Below are positions 42,941 through 52,390 of a DNA stretch of 64,000 nucleotides, piece after piece. The stretch covers positions 5,472,001 to 5,536,000 of the forward strand of contig CP170459.1 in assembly GCA_047947115.1 (NCBI GenBank), in the 5' to 3' direction. The notes under the pieces were generated by a model. That model saw only the letters and a list, made by a program, of their open reading frames with translations. It searched no databases and had not been told where the DNA came from. Position 1 is the stretch's first letter. Each line of letters opens with the position of its first letter. Position numbers and translations under genes: made by a program. This stretch comes from Verrucomicrobiota bacterium. GTDB lineage: Bacteria > Verrucomicrobiota > Verrucomicrobiia > Limisphaerales > AAA164-E04.

Positions 42941-43677
42941 AAACTCAATCCTGGATCATCGCAGGTCTTTGCATCACATTGGCGTTGCTGGTGTGGAAGA
43001 ATCAGAGCATGGATCAAACGCGTTCCATTTCAGCTGAGAACGAGCAACCAGCCGTGCCACCTGAAAGGGACGCACCCCCAGTATTATCAGAGACAAACCA
43101 ACTGGACGCCTCCCCGCTTTCGGAACCTGGTGACCATGCGCTGGACGCCATTTATGGTCATTGGACTCCTCCCGAGGAGGAAAAGTATGTGGCGAATCCC
43201 GGTGGCCCGTTGGATGAGGGGTTCGAGTGGACGGATGAATACTACGATCCGGAGCGTATCGATGAACCCGGTTACCGGGACATGGTCATATCGGCCATCT
43301 ATGCAAAGCATTATTATGAATCACCCGAAAGAAAGCTGCCTCCCTTTCAGCAATCCGCTGCGTTACTCGAACGATGGAATATCGAACCTACCATGGATCA
43401 TACGGTGCTGATCCATGACGCCGCCCACGAATGGCACATGCATCAGGCATTTGCCGATCAGGATTCCGGACCGGCAGCCGGACCGGACGGCAAGAAAATG
43501 GCCGCCTTCAAAATGTATTTTCACCGCGAAAACATTACAAGCCGATTGAACCACTTCCTGGGCATCAAGGACAAAGCCTTCTTCGAAGAATTGATCGAGA
43601 TCAAGCCGGAGAGCGGCATCCTCAAACCTCTGCTGATCATCAACCCGGGCGACCGACTCATGAGGCAAACGGATTAA
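42937..43677 (+). CDS. Membrane-anchored hypothetical protein, cassette paralog P5
   Basis: TM helix; YYDPE...KHYYESPERK...LGIKDKAFFEELIEIKP...INPGDRLM; ATGA overlap with P4. Confidence 0.82.
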   Translation: MKTQSWIIAGLCITLALLVWKNQSMDQTRSISAENEQPAVPPERDAPPVLSETNQLDASPLSEPGDHALDAIYGHWTPPEEEKYVANPGGPLDEGFEWTDEYYDPERIDEPGYRDMVISAIYAKHYYESPERKLPPFQQSAALLERWNIEPTMDHTVLIHDAAHEWHMHQAFADQDSGPAAGPDGKKMAAFKMYFHRENITSRLNHFLGIKDKAFFEELIEIKPESGILKPLLIINPGDRLMRQTD

Positions 43678-43898
43678 GCATACGTTCCAGCTGCAGGCTA
43701 TACAGACTGGGCTGCTTTTGTCAGCTCTGAGCGCAAGATGGCACTCATTTCCTGATCTCACATTAAACATCAGTTGCTTTAATTGATATATTTTCCCACT
43801 CTTATGCTCACTACTCCCTGTTACGACCGATATCTTAATGGAGCGGAACTGAGGGTTCTCTTCAACACCATGACACATGTTGTTCAGAAAAAAGTGGG

Positions 43899-44212
43899 CT
43901 ATGAAAAAACAGTGGCTGTTGGCCAAATGGATCAGGTCACGCAGGGAGTGGCGGCCAATGCCGAGCAAAACGCGAGTGTTTCGGTGGAATTGAGCAATCA
44001 ATCAAGTTTGTTGGGGAATACCATCCATGGGCCTCCAGCAGTTGATCAGCAATCATGACTCTTCATCGGCCGCCACAGAAACCATGAATTTAAAAAAGCA
44101 TCATGCTCCCGCTTCATTGCAAAAAAACCACTCCAACAGAGTTGCGGGTTCATCAGGTCCGGATTCGGGGGAACGGATCACATCCAGGAAAAACATGATG
44201 CAGCATTCGTAA
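43899..44212 (+). pseudogene. C-terminal remnant of a methyl-accepting chemotaxis protein
   Basis: AVGQMDQVTQGVAANAEQNASVSVELSNQS matches the MCP methylation helix; continues in a shifted frame (LQQLIS...). Confidence 0.65.
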
Positions 44213-44217
44213 ACTTC

Positions 44218-44339
44218 TATAACGTTTGCCAAAGGTATTTCAGAAAAAACTCTGCGCCACTGCGCCCCTAGCGCAGCGGGCGTGAGAATAAGAAGCAACA
44301 GCGAGCCGTTATGCGCAAATACTTTTGGCAATCTGTATA
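44218..44339. mobile_element. 122-bp MITE-like element, copy 2
   Basis: Near-identical to 18673-18794 with the same TIRs. Confidence 0.8.
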
Positions 44340-44492
44340 AAATCCAGCATCCATTTCCTAAAACCGGAGTGACGACTACCGGGGGCAAATTCTCCATTAA
44401 AGGAGACGGGGTCCAGTGACGTAAAAGGTCGCCCACGCACTTTCCTGGAGACTCGATTCAATGATCAAGTTGTCGGTAAGGCGGCAAGCACT

Positions 44493-44756
44493 CCACGTTC
44501 TTGGGAACGCGGCTACAGGACACGTTCTTGGGAACGCGGCTACAGGACACGTTTTTGGGAAACGCGGCTACGGGCCACGTTCTTGGGAAACGCGGTTACG
44601 GGCCACGTTTTGGGAAACGCGGCTACGGGCCACGTTCTTGGGAACGCGGTTACGGGCCACGTTTTGGGAACGCGGTTACGGGCCACGTTCTTGGGAAACG
44701 CGGTTACGGGCCACGTTCTTGGGAACGCGGCTACAGTTTTTGGGAACAAGGTTACG
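44493..44756. repeat. Tandem array of 9 full plus 1 degenerate 26-28 bp palindromic units (REP-like)
   Basis: Unit CACGTT(C)TTGGGAA(A)CGCGG(C/T)TAC(A/G)GG(A/C); minus strand reads GTA(G/A)CCGCGTTCCCAAGAACGTG; no spacers. Confidence 0.9.
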
Positions 44757-44760
44757 GTAG

Positions 44761-45849
44761 CTATTTCAGATTTTGCACTGCGACTCGAAAGCCGAGGTAG
44801 CTGAAGGAATTGCCGGGCCAGGCTCGGAGGCGGCAGGCGGACCGGCAGTCCCTAGCGAAGTCTTCCCAGCCGCCGCCACGGATCACTCGGACGGCTCCGG
44901 TTTCTGGTCCCGGGGGATCAATGACACTGCCTCCAGAGTAGGCGTTGGCATAGAAGTCCAGGCACCATTCCCATACGTTTCCATGCATGTCGTAAAGTCC
45001 CCATGCGTTTGGTTCTTTTTCTCCGACCGGATGGGTTCTGCTTCCGCTGTTGGTCCAATACCAGGCGTATTGTGCGAGGTACCCGTAGTCCGGATCGTCT
45101 CCAAAGTAAAAACGGTTTTGGGTTCCGGCCCGGCAGGCGTATTCCCGCTGGGCTTCGGTTGGCAGCGTGAAGGCATATCCTTCCGGCAAACGTCCCGACT
45201 CACGCTCCCGCTCTGTCAGACGTTCGCAGAATGCAACGGCCAGGTTCCAGGACACGCGTTCAACCGGTAGTTGATCTCCTTTGAATCTGCTCGGATTTGT
45301 TCCCATCACCCATTCCCACTGCGCCTGGGTCACTTCGTATTTCCCCAAAAGGAATCGCTCGGAAATCGTCACTTCCGTCAAAGGCCCTTCATCTGATTCA
45401 CGATGCGTTTCGCTTTGGGGACTCCCCATGATAAAGGTTCCTGAAGGAATACGAACAAATTCCATGGTGATACCATCGCCAAGATCCAGTGTCTGCAAAG
45501 AAGCAAGCGGGTCCGGGATTTTCCGAATCTGGTAAAATGCTGTGGATGGACCGGCCTCCACAGCCAGGTCGTATGTCTGAACCGATTCCATGACTGGATT
45601 AAGATCCACAACCTTGACCCAGCTCCCATGCTCCAATTGTTCCCGGCGAAACAACTCATAACCCAAAGCCCCCTCATTCACCCAGGCCAGTTGAAGCCGT
45701 CCATTTTCCAGGAACTTGATCGGCCTGGACAGGGCCACCGCCTCATCAACAGCCACCGAAACGGACTGGCCAATGGCACCAACAGGAATGGCTGCCAAGG
45801 CCAAGCAAGAAACCACAAACAGCAAAAGCCTTGCAAACGCGCGCCCCAT
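44761..45849 (-). CDS. Exported FGE-sulfatase (SUMF1-fold) domain protein
   Basis: FIMGSP, KYEVTQAQW, PVERVSW, LPTEAQREYACRAG, PNAWGLYDMHGNVWEWC, RVIRGGGW, GFRVA; start uncertain. Confidence 0.9.
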   Translation of the reverse strand: MGRAFARLLLFVVSCLALAAIPVGAIGQSVSVAVDEAVALSRPIKFLENGRLQLAWVNEGALGYELFRREQLEHGSWVKVVDLNPVMESVQTYDLAVEAGPSTAFYQIRKIPDPLASLQTLDLGDGITMEFVRIPSGTFIMGSPQSETHRESDEGPLTEVTISERFLLGKYEVTQAQWEWVMGTNPSRFKGDQLPVERVSWNLAVAFCERLTERERESGRLPEGYAFTLPTEAQREYACRAGTQNRFYFGDDPDYGYLAQYAWYWTNSGSRTHPVGEKEPNAWGLYDMHGNVWEWCLDFYANAYSGGSVIDPPGPETGAVRVIRGGGWEDFARDCRSACRLRAWPGNSFSYLGFRVAVQNLK

Positions 45850-46014
45850 ACAAACCCGTTTCCAACCCGGCGTGTTTGAAAACCGGTTACCAGAACCCGG
45901 GTTGGGATGCGGGGACTTGGACTTTGAATCACCGGGCATGTGGTCAAGCTTAAAAGGGAGAAGCTGCGGATCAATATAAAAGATCGGCAAGATCATGTTC
46001 TGATCCAGCCGACA

Positions 46015-47511
46015 TCACCGGCGCATGCCTCCGAACAGACGCCCGAGAAGATAACCGGACGTCATCGCCCAGCCGATGTGCAATCCATGTCCCCAGAGAA
46101 TTTGTCCCCCCAATCCGTTTTGACCGACGGCGTATAATCCTGGAAGCGCCGCCCCCGAGGCATCGAGCACCTCGAAGCTCTCATTGATCGCGGCGCCTCC
46201 TTCCGTCGTGGTGAACCAAGCTTTGGCAGGCCCCAGCAGCACCCAACGATTTCCGGACAAAGGTTTCAGGGCCGAGGATGCATCCTTTGCCCGATCCAGA
46301 TTGAGTTGTCGAACCGTTTTCTCAAGGTTTTCGGCCGGCAGCCCCCGTTTATCGGCGAGTGCGTGCAATTGATCCGCCTCAAGGGCCAGGTCCGGCCGCA
46401 AGCGCAGGTAGTCCTTCACATAGGCATAAGCGATTTCAGGCGCGGTTGAAATAAAATGAGGCCAGGCGCTGAATCGTTCGATGAGGGATTCGTCCAGCAG
46501 GATATAAGCCTGCTTGTTCGGTTGCCGGGCGATGTCGATTTCTCTTTGGGGCGACCTGCGTTCATCGGTGAATCGTTCACCATTTTGATTCACCAGAATG
46601 GCCCCCGCATCGAACAGAGCATCTTCGGGATGTTGCCATGTGACGACCAGTCGTTTAATGAACGGCTGCATCCAACGTTTGGGAAGTCGATTACTCATCC
46701 ACCCCAACCATTGCGCCATCCAGCCCGTGGTCGGCAGCCGGTCCTGAAACGTGCCATCGGCCGGGGGGACAAATCGAATTTCCGGCCCATAGGTCACTCC
46801 CATATTCAGCAACCTGGCGCCGGCCTTTTCAGCCAGCACATGACCGTCACCGGAAGCGTGAGGATTGATACCCTCAATACACTGAAAATCATTCCCTTTG
46901 AACCGGGCGATCAAATCGGAAGCATTCGCATAATCCCCCGCGGCCAACACCACACCCAAACGCGATTCAGCCCGATGAACGCGTCCTTCGGTATCTTTCC
47001 AGCAAACACCATTCACGTGACCCGATTCCATCAACAATTCTGTGACATCCGCCCCGCAAACGAGACTGCCACCCAGCTCCTGTAATCGACGGACCAGCGT
47101 ATCAATATAGGCTTTGGCACCGGGCACCGCATTGTGCATGCGCGGCTGACGATTGGGGGGCTCCGGGTTGGGCCCCTGAAAGCGAATGCCCACCCCGGCC
47201 AGCCAATGAAGTGCTTCGGCGGAATGATTCAGGAAGAATCGACGGAGGGCGGCGTTGTTGTGTTGTTCGATGTCCGGCGGGGCAAATCGCCCGGCATCAA
47301 TCACGTGATCTTCCAGCTGGTCGGTGATGCCTGCTTCCTTTTGAAAACGCGTGCGATTGGATGTGAACGAACCGACCGCGATGCCTGTGGTGCCGCCGGG
47401 CGCAGCTTGTTTTTCCAGAACACAAACACGAACCCCCTGCTCCGCCGCGCTCACGGCCGTGGCCAAACCACTGCCTCCACCTCCCACCACTATCACGTCA
47501 AAACAACTCAT
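46015..47511 (-). CDS. FAD-dependent oxidoreductase (fumarate reductase / flavocytochrome c flavoprotein-like)
   Basis: DVIVVGGGGSGL, GVVLAAGDY, ILVNQNGERF, TTEGG, GLYAVG. Confidence 0.85.
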   Translation of the reverse strand: MSCFDVIVVGGGGSGLATAVSAAEQGVRVCVLEKQAAPGGTTGIAVGSFTSNRTRFQKEAGITDQLEDHVIDAGRFAPPDIEQHNNAALRRFFLNHSAEALHWLAGVGIRFQGPNPEPPNRQPRMHNAVPGAKAYIDTLVRRLQELGGSLVCGADVTELLMESGHVNGVCWKDTEGRVHRAESRLGVVLAAGDYANASDLIARFKGNDFQCIEGINPHASGDGHVLAEKAGARLLNMGVTYGPEIRFVPPADGTFQDRLPTTGWMAQWLGWMSNRLPKRWMQPFIKRLVVTWQHPEDALFDAGAILVNQNGERFTDERRSPQREIDIARQPNKQAYILLDESLIERFSAWPHFISTAPEIAYAYVKDYLRLRPDLALEADQLHALADKRGLPAENLEKTVRQLNLDRAKDASSALKPLSGNRWVLLGPAKAWFTTTEGGAAINESFEVLDASGAALPGLYAVGQNGLGGQILWGHGLHIGWAMTSGYLLGRLFGGMRR

Positions 47512-49064
47512 GGAGACTGCTTGATGGCTCCGGTTCGAATGGCCCAGTTGTTCCAGGAAAATGCCATGGCACGCACACGGTCGGGATATTGCTGCGCCAG
47601 ATTGGTCATTTCGGTTCGATCATGAAGGAGGTGGTAAAGCTCCCATTCCCGGAGTTTCTTGTCCCAAACCAATTTCCAATCCCCCTCGCGAACAGCCCGA
47701 TTGCCGGTGAATTCCCACCAGAGCGTCTCATGACCCTGCCGCATCTTTCCCTGGAAAACCGGGATCAGGCTTTTACCTTCCAGCGGACTGATCGGGTGAT
47801 TGTTGAATTCAGTAGGATACTTCCCTCCGGCTGCCTCCAGAAAAGTTGGCATGAAATCGATGATATGTCCCACCTGGCGGGTCAGTGTGTTGGGCTGCAC
47901 CACGGAGGGCCAACGAACGATGAGCGGCGTGGAAATCCCGCCTTCATGCATCCAGGTCTTGAACCGCCGAAAAGGAGTGTTCTGGGCAAAAGCCCAACCG
48001 GGACCGCAGGTGGTATAGTTCTTCTCCACACCAGGTTCGTATTCCGGAGAATCATGACCATATTTCTCACTGCATCCGCCGTTGTCGGAGAGAAACAGCA
48101 CCATGGTGTTTTCACGCACTCCAGCATCATCAATGGCATTAAGAATCCGGCCGATTCCCTGGTCCATTCGGTCGATCATGGCGGCATACACAGCCATCCT
48201 TGAATCCTGCCAATCCTTGTCAACCTGATCATCCCAGACACCCGCCTCCGGGTCGGCCGGAGGAAGTTTCCAACCGGGATCCACCAGCCCCATTCGCACC
48301 TGACGGGCGTGGCGTTCCTTTCGTAACTGTTCCCATCCGGACTTGTATTGCCCCACATACTTTTCAATGTCCTCCCTGGGCGCGTGCAAAGGATAATGAG
48401 GCGCCGTGTAGCAGACATGCAGAAAGAAAGGATCCGGCTGTCTGGACATGCGTTGAATGTTATCCACCGCATGATCCGAAAAAGCATCGGTGGTATAAAA
48501 GCCCTCGGGAAACTCGGTGATGCGTTCCTCATTATGACCAAAAACCCTTACCCGCCCCCCCTTGAACTCGGGATCGGGGATGGATGGATCAAAAAAGTTA
48601 CAGCACCCATCCATCAAGCCGTAGTATTCCTGAAATCCGCGATCGATCGGTCGACGGGGTGCGTTCGCCCCGAGATGCCATTTGCCGGTCAAGGTGGTTT
48701 GGTAACCGGCCAGTCCCAAAGCCTCACCCAAAGTGACCATGGATTCCTTGAGCAACGGTCCTGATTCCTGCCGGGGATATTGTCCGGTCAGGAGCGCTGC
48801 GCGTGTGGTGGTGCATTTGGCGCAGTTGTAGAATTGGGTAAACCGCAGCCCTTCACTGGCAAGCCGGTCGAGGTTGGGTGTGCGGACGTCCCCGCCGTAG
48901 CATCCGATATCAGACCAGCCCATATCGTCACACATGATGAGCACGACATTCGGACGTACCTGAGCCTCTGCGACCGGCCCTGTCCAAAACACCGCTGTAA
49001 AAACCCCCACCAGACAACGCGACTGGAATCCTTTGAAAAAGTTTAATATTCGGGTGACAGACAT
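47508..49064 (-). CDS. Arylsulfatase (S1 sulfatase)
   Basis: [23 protein letters not shown] (variant CxPxR), [20 protein letters not shown]. Confidence 0.93.
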   Translation of the reverse strand: MSVTRILNFFKGFQSRCLVGVFTAVFWTGPVAEAQVRPNVVLIMCDDMGWSDIGCYGGDVRTPNLDRLASEGLRFTQFYNCAKCTTTRAALLTGQYPRQESGPLLKESMVTLGEALGLAGYQTTLTGKWHLGANAPRRPIDRGFQEYYGLMDGCCNFFDPSIPDPEFKGGRVRVFGHNEERITEFPEGFYTTDAFSDHAVDNIQRMSRQPDPFFLHVCYTAPHYPLHAPREDIEKYVGQYKSGWEQLRKERHARQVRMGLVDPGWKLPPADPEAGVWDDQVDKDWQDSRMAVYAAMIDRMDQGIGRILNAIDDAGVRENTMVLFLSDNGGCSEKYGHDSPEYEPGVEKNYTTCGPGWAFAQNTPFRRFKTWMHEGGISTPLIVRWPSVVQPNTLTRQVGHIIDFMPTFLEAAGGKYPTEFNNHPISPLEGKSLIPVFQGKMRQGHETLWWEFTGNRAVREGDWKLVWDKKLREWELYHLLHDRTEMTNLAQQYPDRVRAMAFSWNNWAIRTGAIKQSP

Positions 49065-49205
49065 GAGGTCATTGAAGAGTTTGGGCTGCAAAAAACCAAT
49101 CAAATTATAACCAAGTTTTTGACATGGAATAAAAGATGCTTGATTGTAATCGGGAATAAACCACGGAAATGGGTATCCGACAGATGGGTGAAGCGTAACG
49201 CCACC

Positions 49206-50075
49206 ATGACAAACAACAAGCAGCATACAAGATCGGCGGTCGAGGCCAAAGAACCTGGGGCAGGTTTTTTGGGGGCGTTCACGTTGATCGAGCTGCTGGT
49301 GGTCATAGCGATCATTGCCATTCTGGCGAGCATGCTTTTACCGGCCTTGTCCAAGGCCAAAGGAGCCGCACACAAAGCAGCCTGTATCGGCAATCAGCGG
49401 CAATTGAACCTGGCGTGGCTGGTGTATGTTGAGGACCATGGATTTCTTGTTCCCAATGGTTATGTCAATGTGGATGATCTGGGAAACCAACGCCCCTGGG
49501 TATCTGCCGGATCGCACATTGACCGGTTCATGCATACGAATGCCCAACTTCTTTCTGATCCACGCTATTCGGCATTTGCCAAAGGCGGTTACATCACCAC
49601 GGCAAAAACCTACAAGTGTCCGGCCGACCGCAAGAAAACCTTTTTCATGGGTGTCAATCATCTTGGAGTGCGTTCCTACTCGCTGAACAGCTTCATGGGA
49701 TGGCTTTACCCCAACTCCGGAACCTTTTCCTCAGGATATTCGGGTTACGCAAAAGCCAGCCATCTGGCAGGCATGCGTGCCAGTGAAGTGTTCACCTTTC
49801 TGGACGTGAATACTGACAGTATTTGTTTTGCCGGGTTTGTCACCCGCATGGGGAACAGTGACAGCTTCTTTCATATTCCGGGCGCCTATCACAACGGGGC
49901 AGGAGTGGTTGGTTTTGCCGACGGTCACGCGGAGGTGCACAAATGGAAAGATCAACGCACCATCACCAATAAAACCATCATCCACGTTGAAAAATCGGTG
50001 GGCAACAAGGACCTCGCCTGGCTGCAAAACCACGCCGCCGAACGGGACCAGAGCCAACCCGCGCGCGAAGAATGA
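49206..50075 (+). CDS. Prepilin-type N-terminal cleavage / H-X9-DG domain protein
   Basis: [42 protein letters not shown]. Confidence 0.92.
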   Translation: MTNNKQHTRSAVEAKEPGAGFLGAFTLIELLVVIAIIAILASMLLPALSKAKGAAHKAACIGNQRQLNLAWLVYVEDHGFLVPNGYVNVDDLGNQRPWVSAGSHIDRFMHTNAQLLSDPRYSAFAKGGYITTAKTYKCPADRKKTFFMGVNHLGVRSYSLNSFMGWLYPNSGTFSSGYSGYAKASHLAGMRASEVFTFLDVNTDSICFAGFVTRMGNSDSFFHIPGAYHNGAGVVGFADGHAEVHKWKDQRTITNKTIIHVEKSVGNKDLAWLQNHAAERDQSQPAREE

Positions 50076-50096
50076 TCCCACGGCCACCCGGCATGC

Positions 50097-50612
50097 TCAG
50101 GCGTTCGAGACTTGTCTCAGTTGTTTGGAGGTCCACATCCCTCTGAGCACGCCCCGGCATTCCTTGCCAAACACTCCACAATGCAGGTGGATGACAGCCC
50201 CCTTCTTCATTTGAATACGGGTGTTGATATGTCCGGAGATAAGCAGACTGGCCAATTGACTCAGTATGGGTTCGTGCCCGACCACCATCAATCGCTCGGA
50301 GGATTCCAAGTATGCCGCAAGTTGAATCTTAAAGAAAGGAAGCACGGACCGATCTGCTCCAAGTTCCTCGGCCAACTGGATGGGAGCATCGATTTTCAAT
50401 CCTTCATGAACGATCCGGGCCGTCTCGGCCGCTCTGGGATAGGGGCTTGAGACAATCACATCCGGCACAAAATCAAGTCCCTTCATCGCAGGAATCATGG
50501 CTTGAATGCGCTGCACGCCGACATCGGTCAGCCGACGCGCCCGATCGGACCAACCGGTGGCGGCAGAAGGATCCTCGGCTTGACCGTGGCGCATGATGAA
50601 CAGTTCACTCAT
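50097..50612 (-). CDS. sixA: Phosphohistidine phosphatase SixA
   Basis: MRHGQAE, RRLT..G, SSPYPRAAETA, VGHEP. Confidence 0.88.
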   Translation of the reverse strand: MSELFIMRHGQAEDPSAATGWSDRARRLTDVGVQRIQAMIPAMKGLDFVPDVIVSSPYPRAAETARIVHEGLKIDAPIQLAEELGADRSVLPFFKIQLAAYLESSERLMVVGHEPILSQLASLLISGHINTRIQMKKGAVIHLHCGVFGKECRGVLRGMWTSKQLRQVSNA

Positions 50613-51390
50613 GAAGCGTGATCAAAGGATCCAGCGCATCGTCACGATCGGCCGGTTCACCATCAAACCGGACATCCACAAATTGAATTTCCTCGCTGAG
50701 TTCGGGTCTGAGATCCAGCAGCCAATGTCGTACAAATCGGGCGAGTGATTTGCGGGCCTGATCCCGCACGAGCACCATCAGGGTTTCTTCTTCGGCATAT
50801 TGCACCAATGTCGGGGTCAACTGTTGTTCGAGACTGGCCAACTGTTCATCCACATTGAACCGCGCCCATCCAGTGTCCATGCGCTTCTCCATGCGATGCG
50901 TATGGATAGCGGGTGGAAGCATCGTTCGCAAACGCGGCGCTTTTACCCGGCAAACCGCCCCCTGCGTGTCAATCTCCCATGGATCATCCAGCTTGACATA
51001 ATATCGATAGGTAGCCGGAACGCGAATTTCTGCGGTTGAAGTGCCCAGAGAGATGGTATCCCATAAAAGAGAAAGGGTATCTTCCGATTTCAATGTTTCG
51101 ATACGATCCACCTTGGCCAACTCCAAACGCCCGGTCCCGGCATGGGCTATCACCGGAATTTCCGCCAGGAAGGATTGCTTGAGTGAGACTTGCGCGCTAC
51201 CGGAGAGAGTGTGCTGGATGCGATCGAGAACACCATTGGAAGCCTCAATGCCTTCAGACACCCCCCTGCCAATCAACCATCCACCGAACAGCATCACCAC
51301 GATAACCGAGCCCAGGACCATGGCCGTTAAACCCATTAAGGTCATGGGCCATCGGTAAGCGTGGAGCAATCTGCGTGTTGTAGGATGCAT
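50605..51390 (-). CDS. DUF4230-like membrane-anchored protein
   Basis: N-terminal TM helix; IRVPATYRY...W.I...VKAP. Confidence 0.6.
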   Translation of the reverse strand: MHPTTRRLLHAYRWPMTLMGLTAMVLGSVIVVMLFGGWLIGRGVSEGIEASNGVLDRIQHTLSGSAQVSLKQSFLAEIPVIAHAGTGRLELAKVDRIETLKSEDTLSLLWDTISLGTSTAEIRVPATYRYYVKLDDPWEIDTQGAVCRVKAPRLRTMLPPAIHTHRMEKRMDTGWARFNVDEQLASLEQQLTPTLVQYAEEETLMVLVRDQARKSLARFVRHWLLDLRPELSEEIQFVDVRFDGEPADRDDALDPLITLHE

Positions 51391-51454
51391 GAGGCTGATC
51401 AGGGCAAAATCTGTCCGAATAAACTACATGCTTACCTGCACAAATCAAGTGCGC

Positions 51455-52384
51455 TTATGACGGCTCCTGGTCAAAGAGGCCTGGTTCACCTTCAGATTCT
51501 TCCTTGGATGCCCGCTTTTTGGAAATGGCGGGAGTCGGTTCTTCGATCGTTTGATCGGCTTGATCGGCTTGATCGGCAGGGGCGTTGGCAATGGCTGGCA
51601 TGTCTTCCTGCTCAACCAGTCTGACCAAGGGGGGCCTCACCAGTCGCCCCTGAAAGGTAAACCCCGGGGCCAGTGTTTCAGCCACGGAAGGTTGTGTGAG
51701 TTCTTTGTGATCTTCCCCCATCACCTGATGCAATTCCTTATTATAGGAAGTTCCCAGTTCGGCTTCGTGAGGGGTCAACCCCATTCGGCGCATCACATCC
51801 ACCACTGCATGCTGAAAATTGGAAATCTGGCTGATCAGCTTGGGTTGACCGGATTGCAAGGCCGCCTTGTGCAAGGCGAACACGTGATCCAGCACCCGAA
51901 CAGCAGCCTGCAACCATTCCCGCTCGCTGCGACGCAGTTTCTCGGCTTCCACCCGCAGATGCTCCTTCTCGGACACATCCATACTCTGCATGACCTCGAC
52001 GAATCGAGTGGATTCCTGAGCCATGGATTCGGCAATCTTATCGGCATTTTGAACCGCCGAAACGCAATGATCCTGGATCGACTGCCACTGTCCGGTGGCA
52101 TGTCGGATGTGCTCCTCCAACTGAGTCAGGGCCTTCAGTTGCTCGGCAAGGTTCTGGAACTCATTGATCTCGTTACGCTTCAATTCAGCTCGATAGTCCA
52201 GCAGAAACGGAAGTGTGCTGAAAAACATGCCCACAACCAGGCACCCCACCACAATGCCAAGCTGAAATCCATCCGGCAAACCGCCCACATCCCAGGTGAT
52301 CCACCCTGCCATCGCAAGCAACAAAAGGTCGCCTACGATAAAAGGTGTTTTGGCAATGCGATAGGGTTGATTGGAAAAAGACAT
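51455..52384 (-). CDS. Membrane protein with coiled coil and GrpE-like C-terminal domain
   Basis: Two N-terminal TM helices; YNKELHQV...PGFTFQGRLVRPPLVRL resembles GrpE FDPxxHEA...GYxxxxRLIRPAxV. Confidence 0.65.
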   Translation of the reverse strand: MSFSNQPYRIAKTPFIVGDLLLLAMAGWITWDVGGLPDGFQLGIVVGCLVVGMFFSTLPFLLDYRAELKRNEINEFQNLAEQLKALTQLEEHIRHATGQWQSIQDHCVSAVQNADKIAESMAQESTRFVEVMQSMDVSEKEHLRVEAEKLRRSEREWLQAAVRVLDHVFALHKAALQSGQPKLISQISNFQHAVVDVMRRMGLTPHEAELGTSYNKELHQVMGEDHKELTQPSVAETLAPGFTFQGRLVRPPLVRLVEQEDMPAIANAPADQADQADQTIEEPTPAISKKRASKEESEGEPGLFDQEPS

Positions 52385-52390
52385 GTCAGG

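Noticed and set aside
44461..44804. CRISPR array or repeat-protein ORFs at the tandem repeat
   Set aside because: Units abut with no unique spacers and there are no cas genes; the ORFs in several frames are by-products of the repeat
44761..45849. True formylglycine-generating enzyme for the nearby sulfatase
   Set aside because: Lacks the catalytic CxxxxC motif after RGG; FGE fold only
51550..51580. 9-bp tandem repeat (TTGATCGGC x3) as a phase-variation tract
   Set aside because: In-frame ADQ repeat in a disordered tail; length change would not shift the frame
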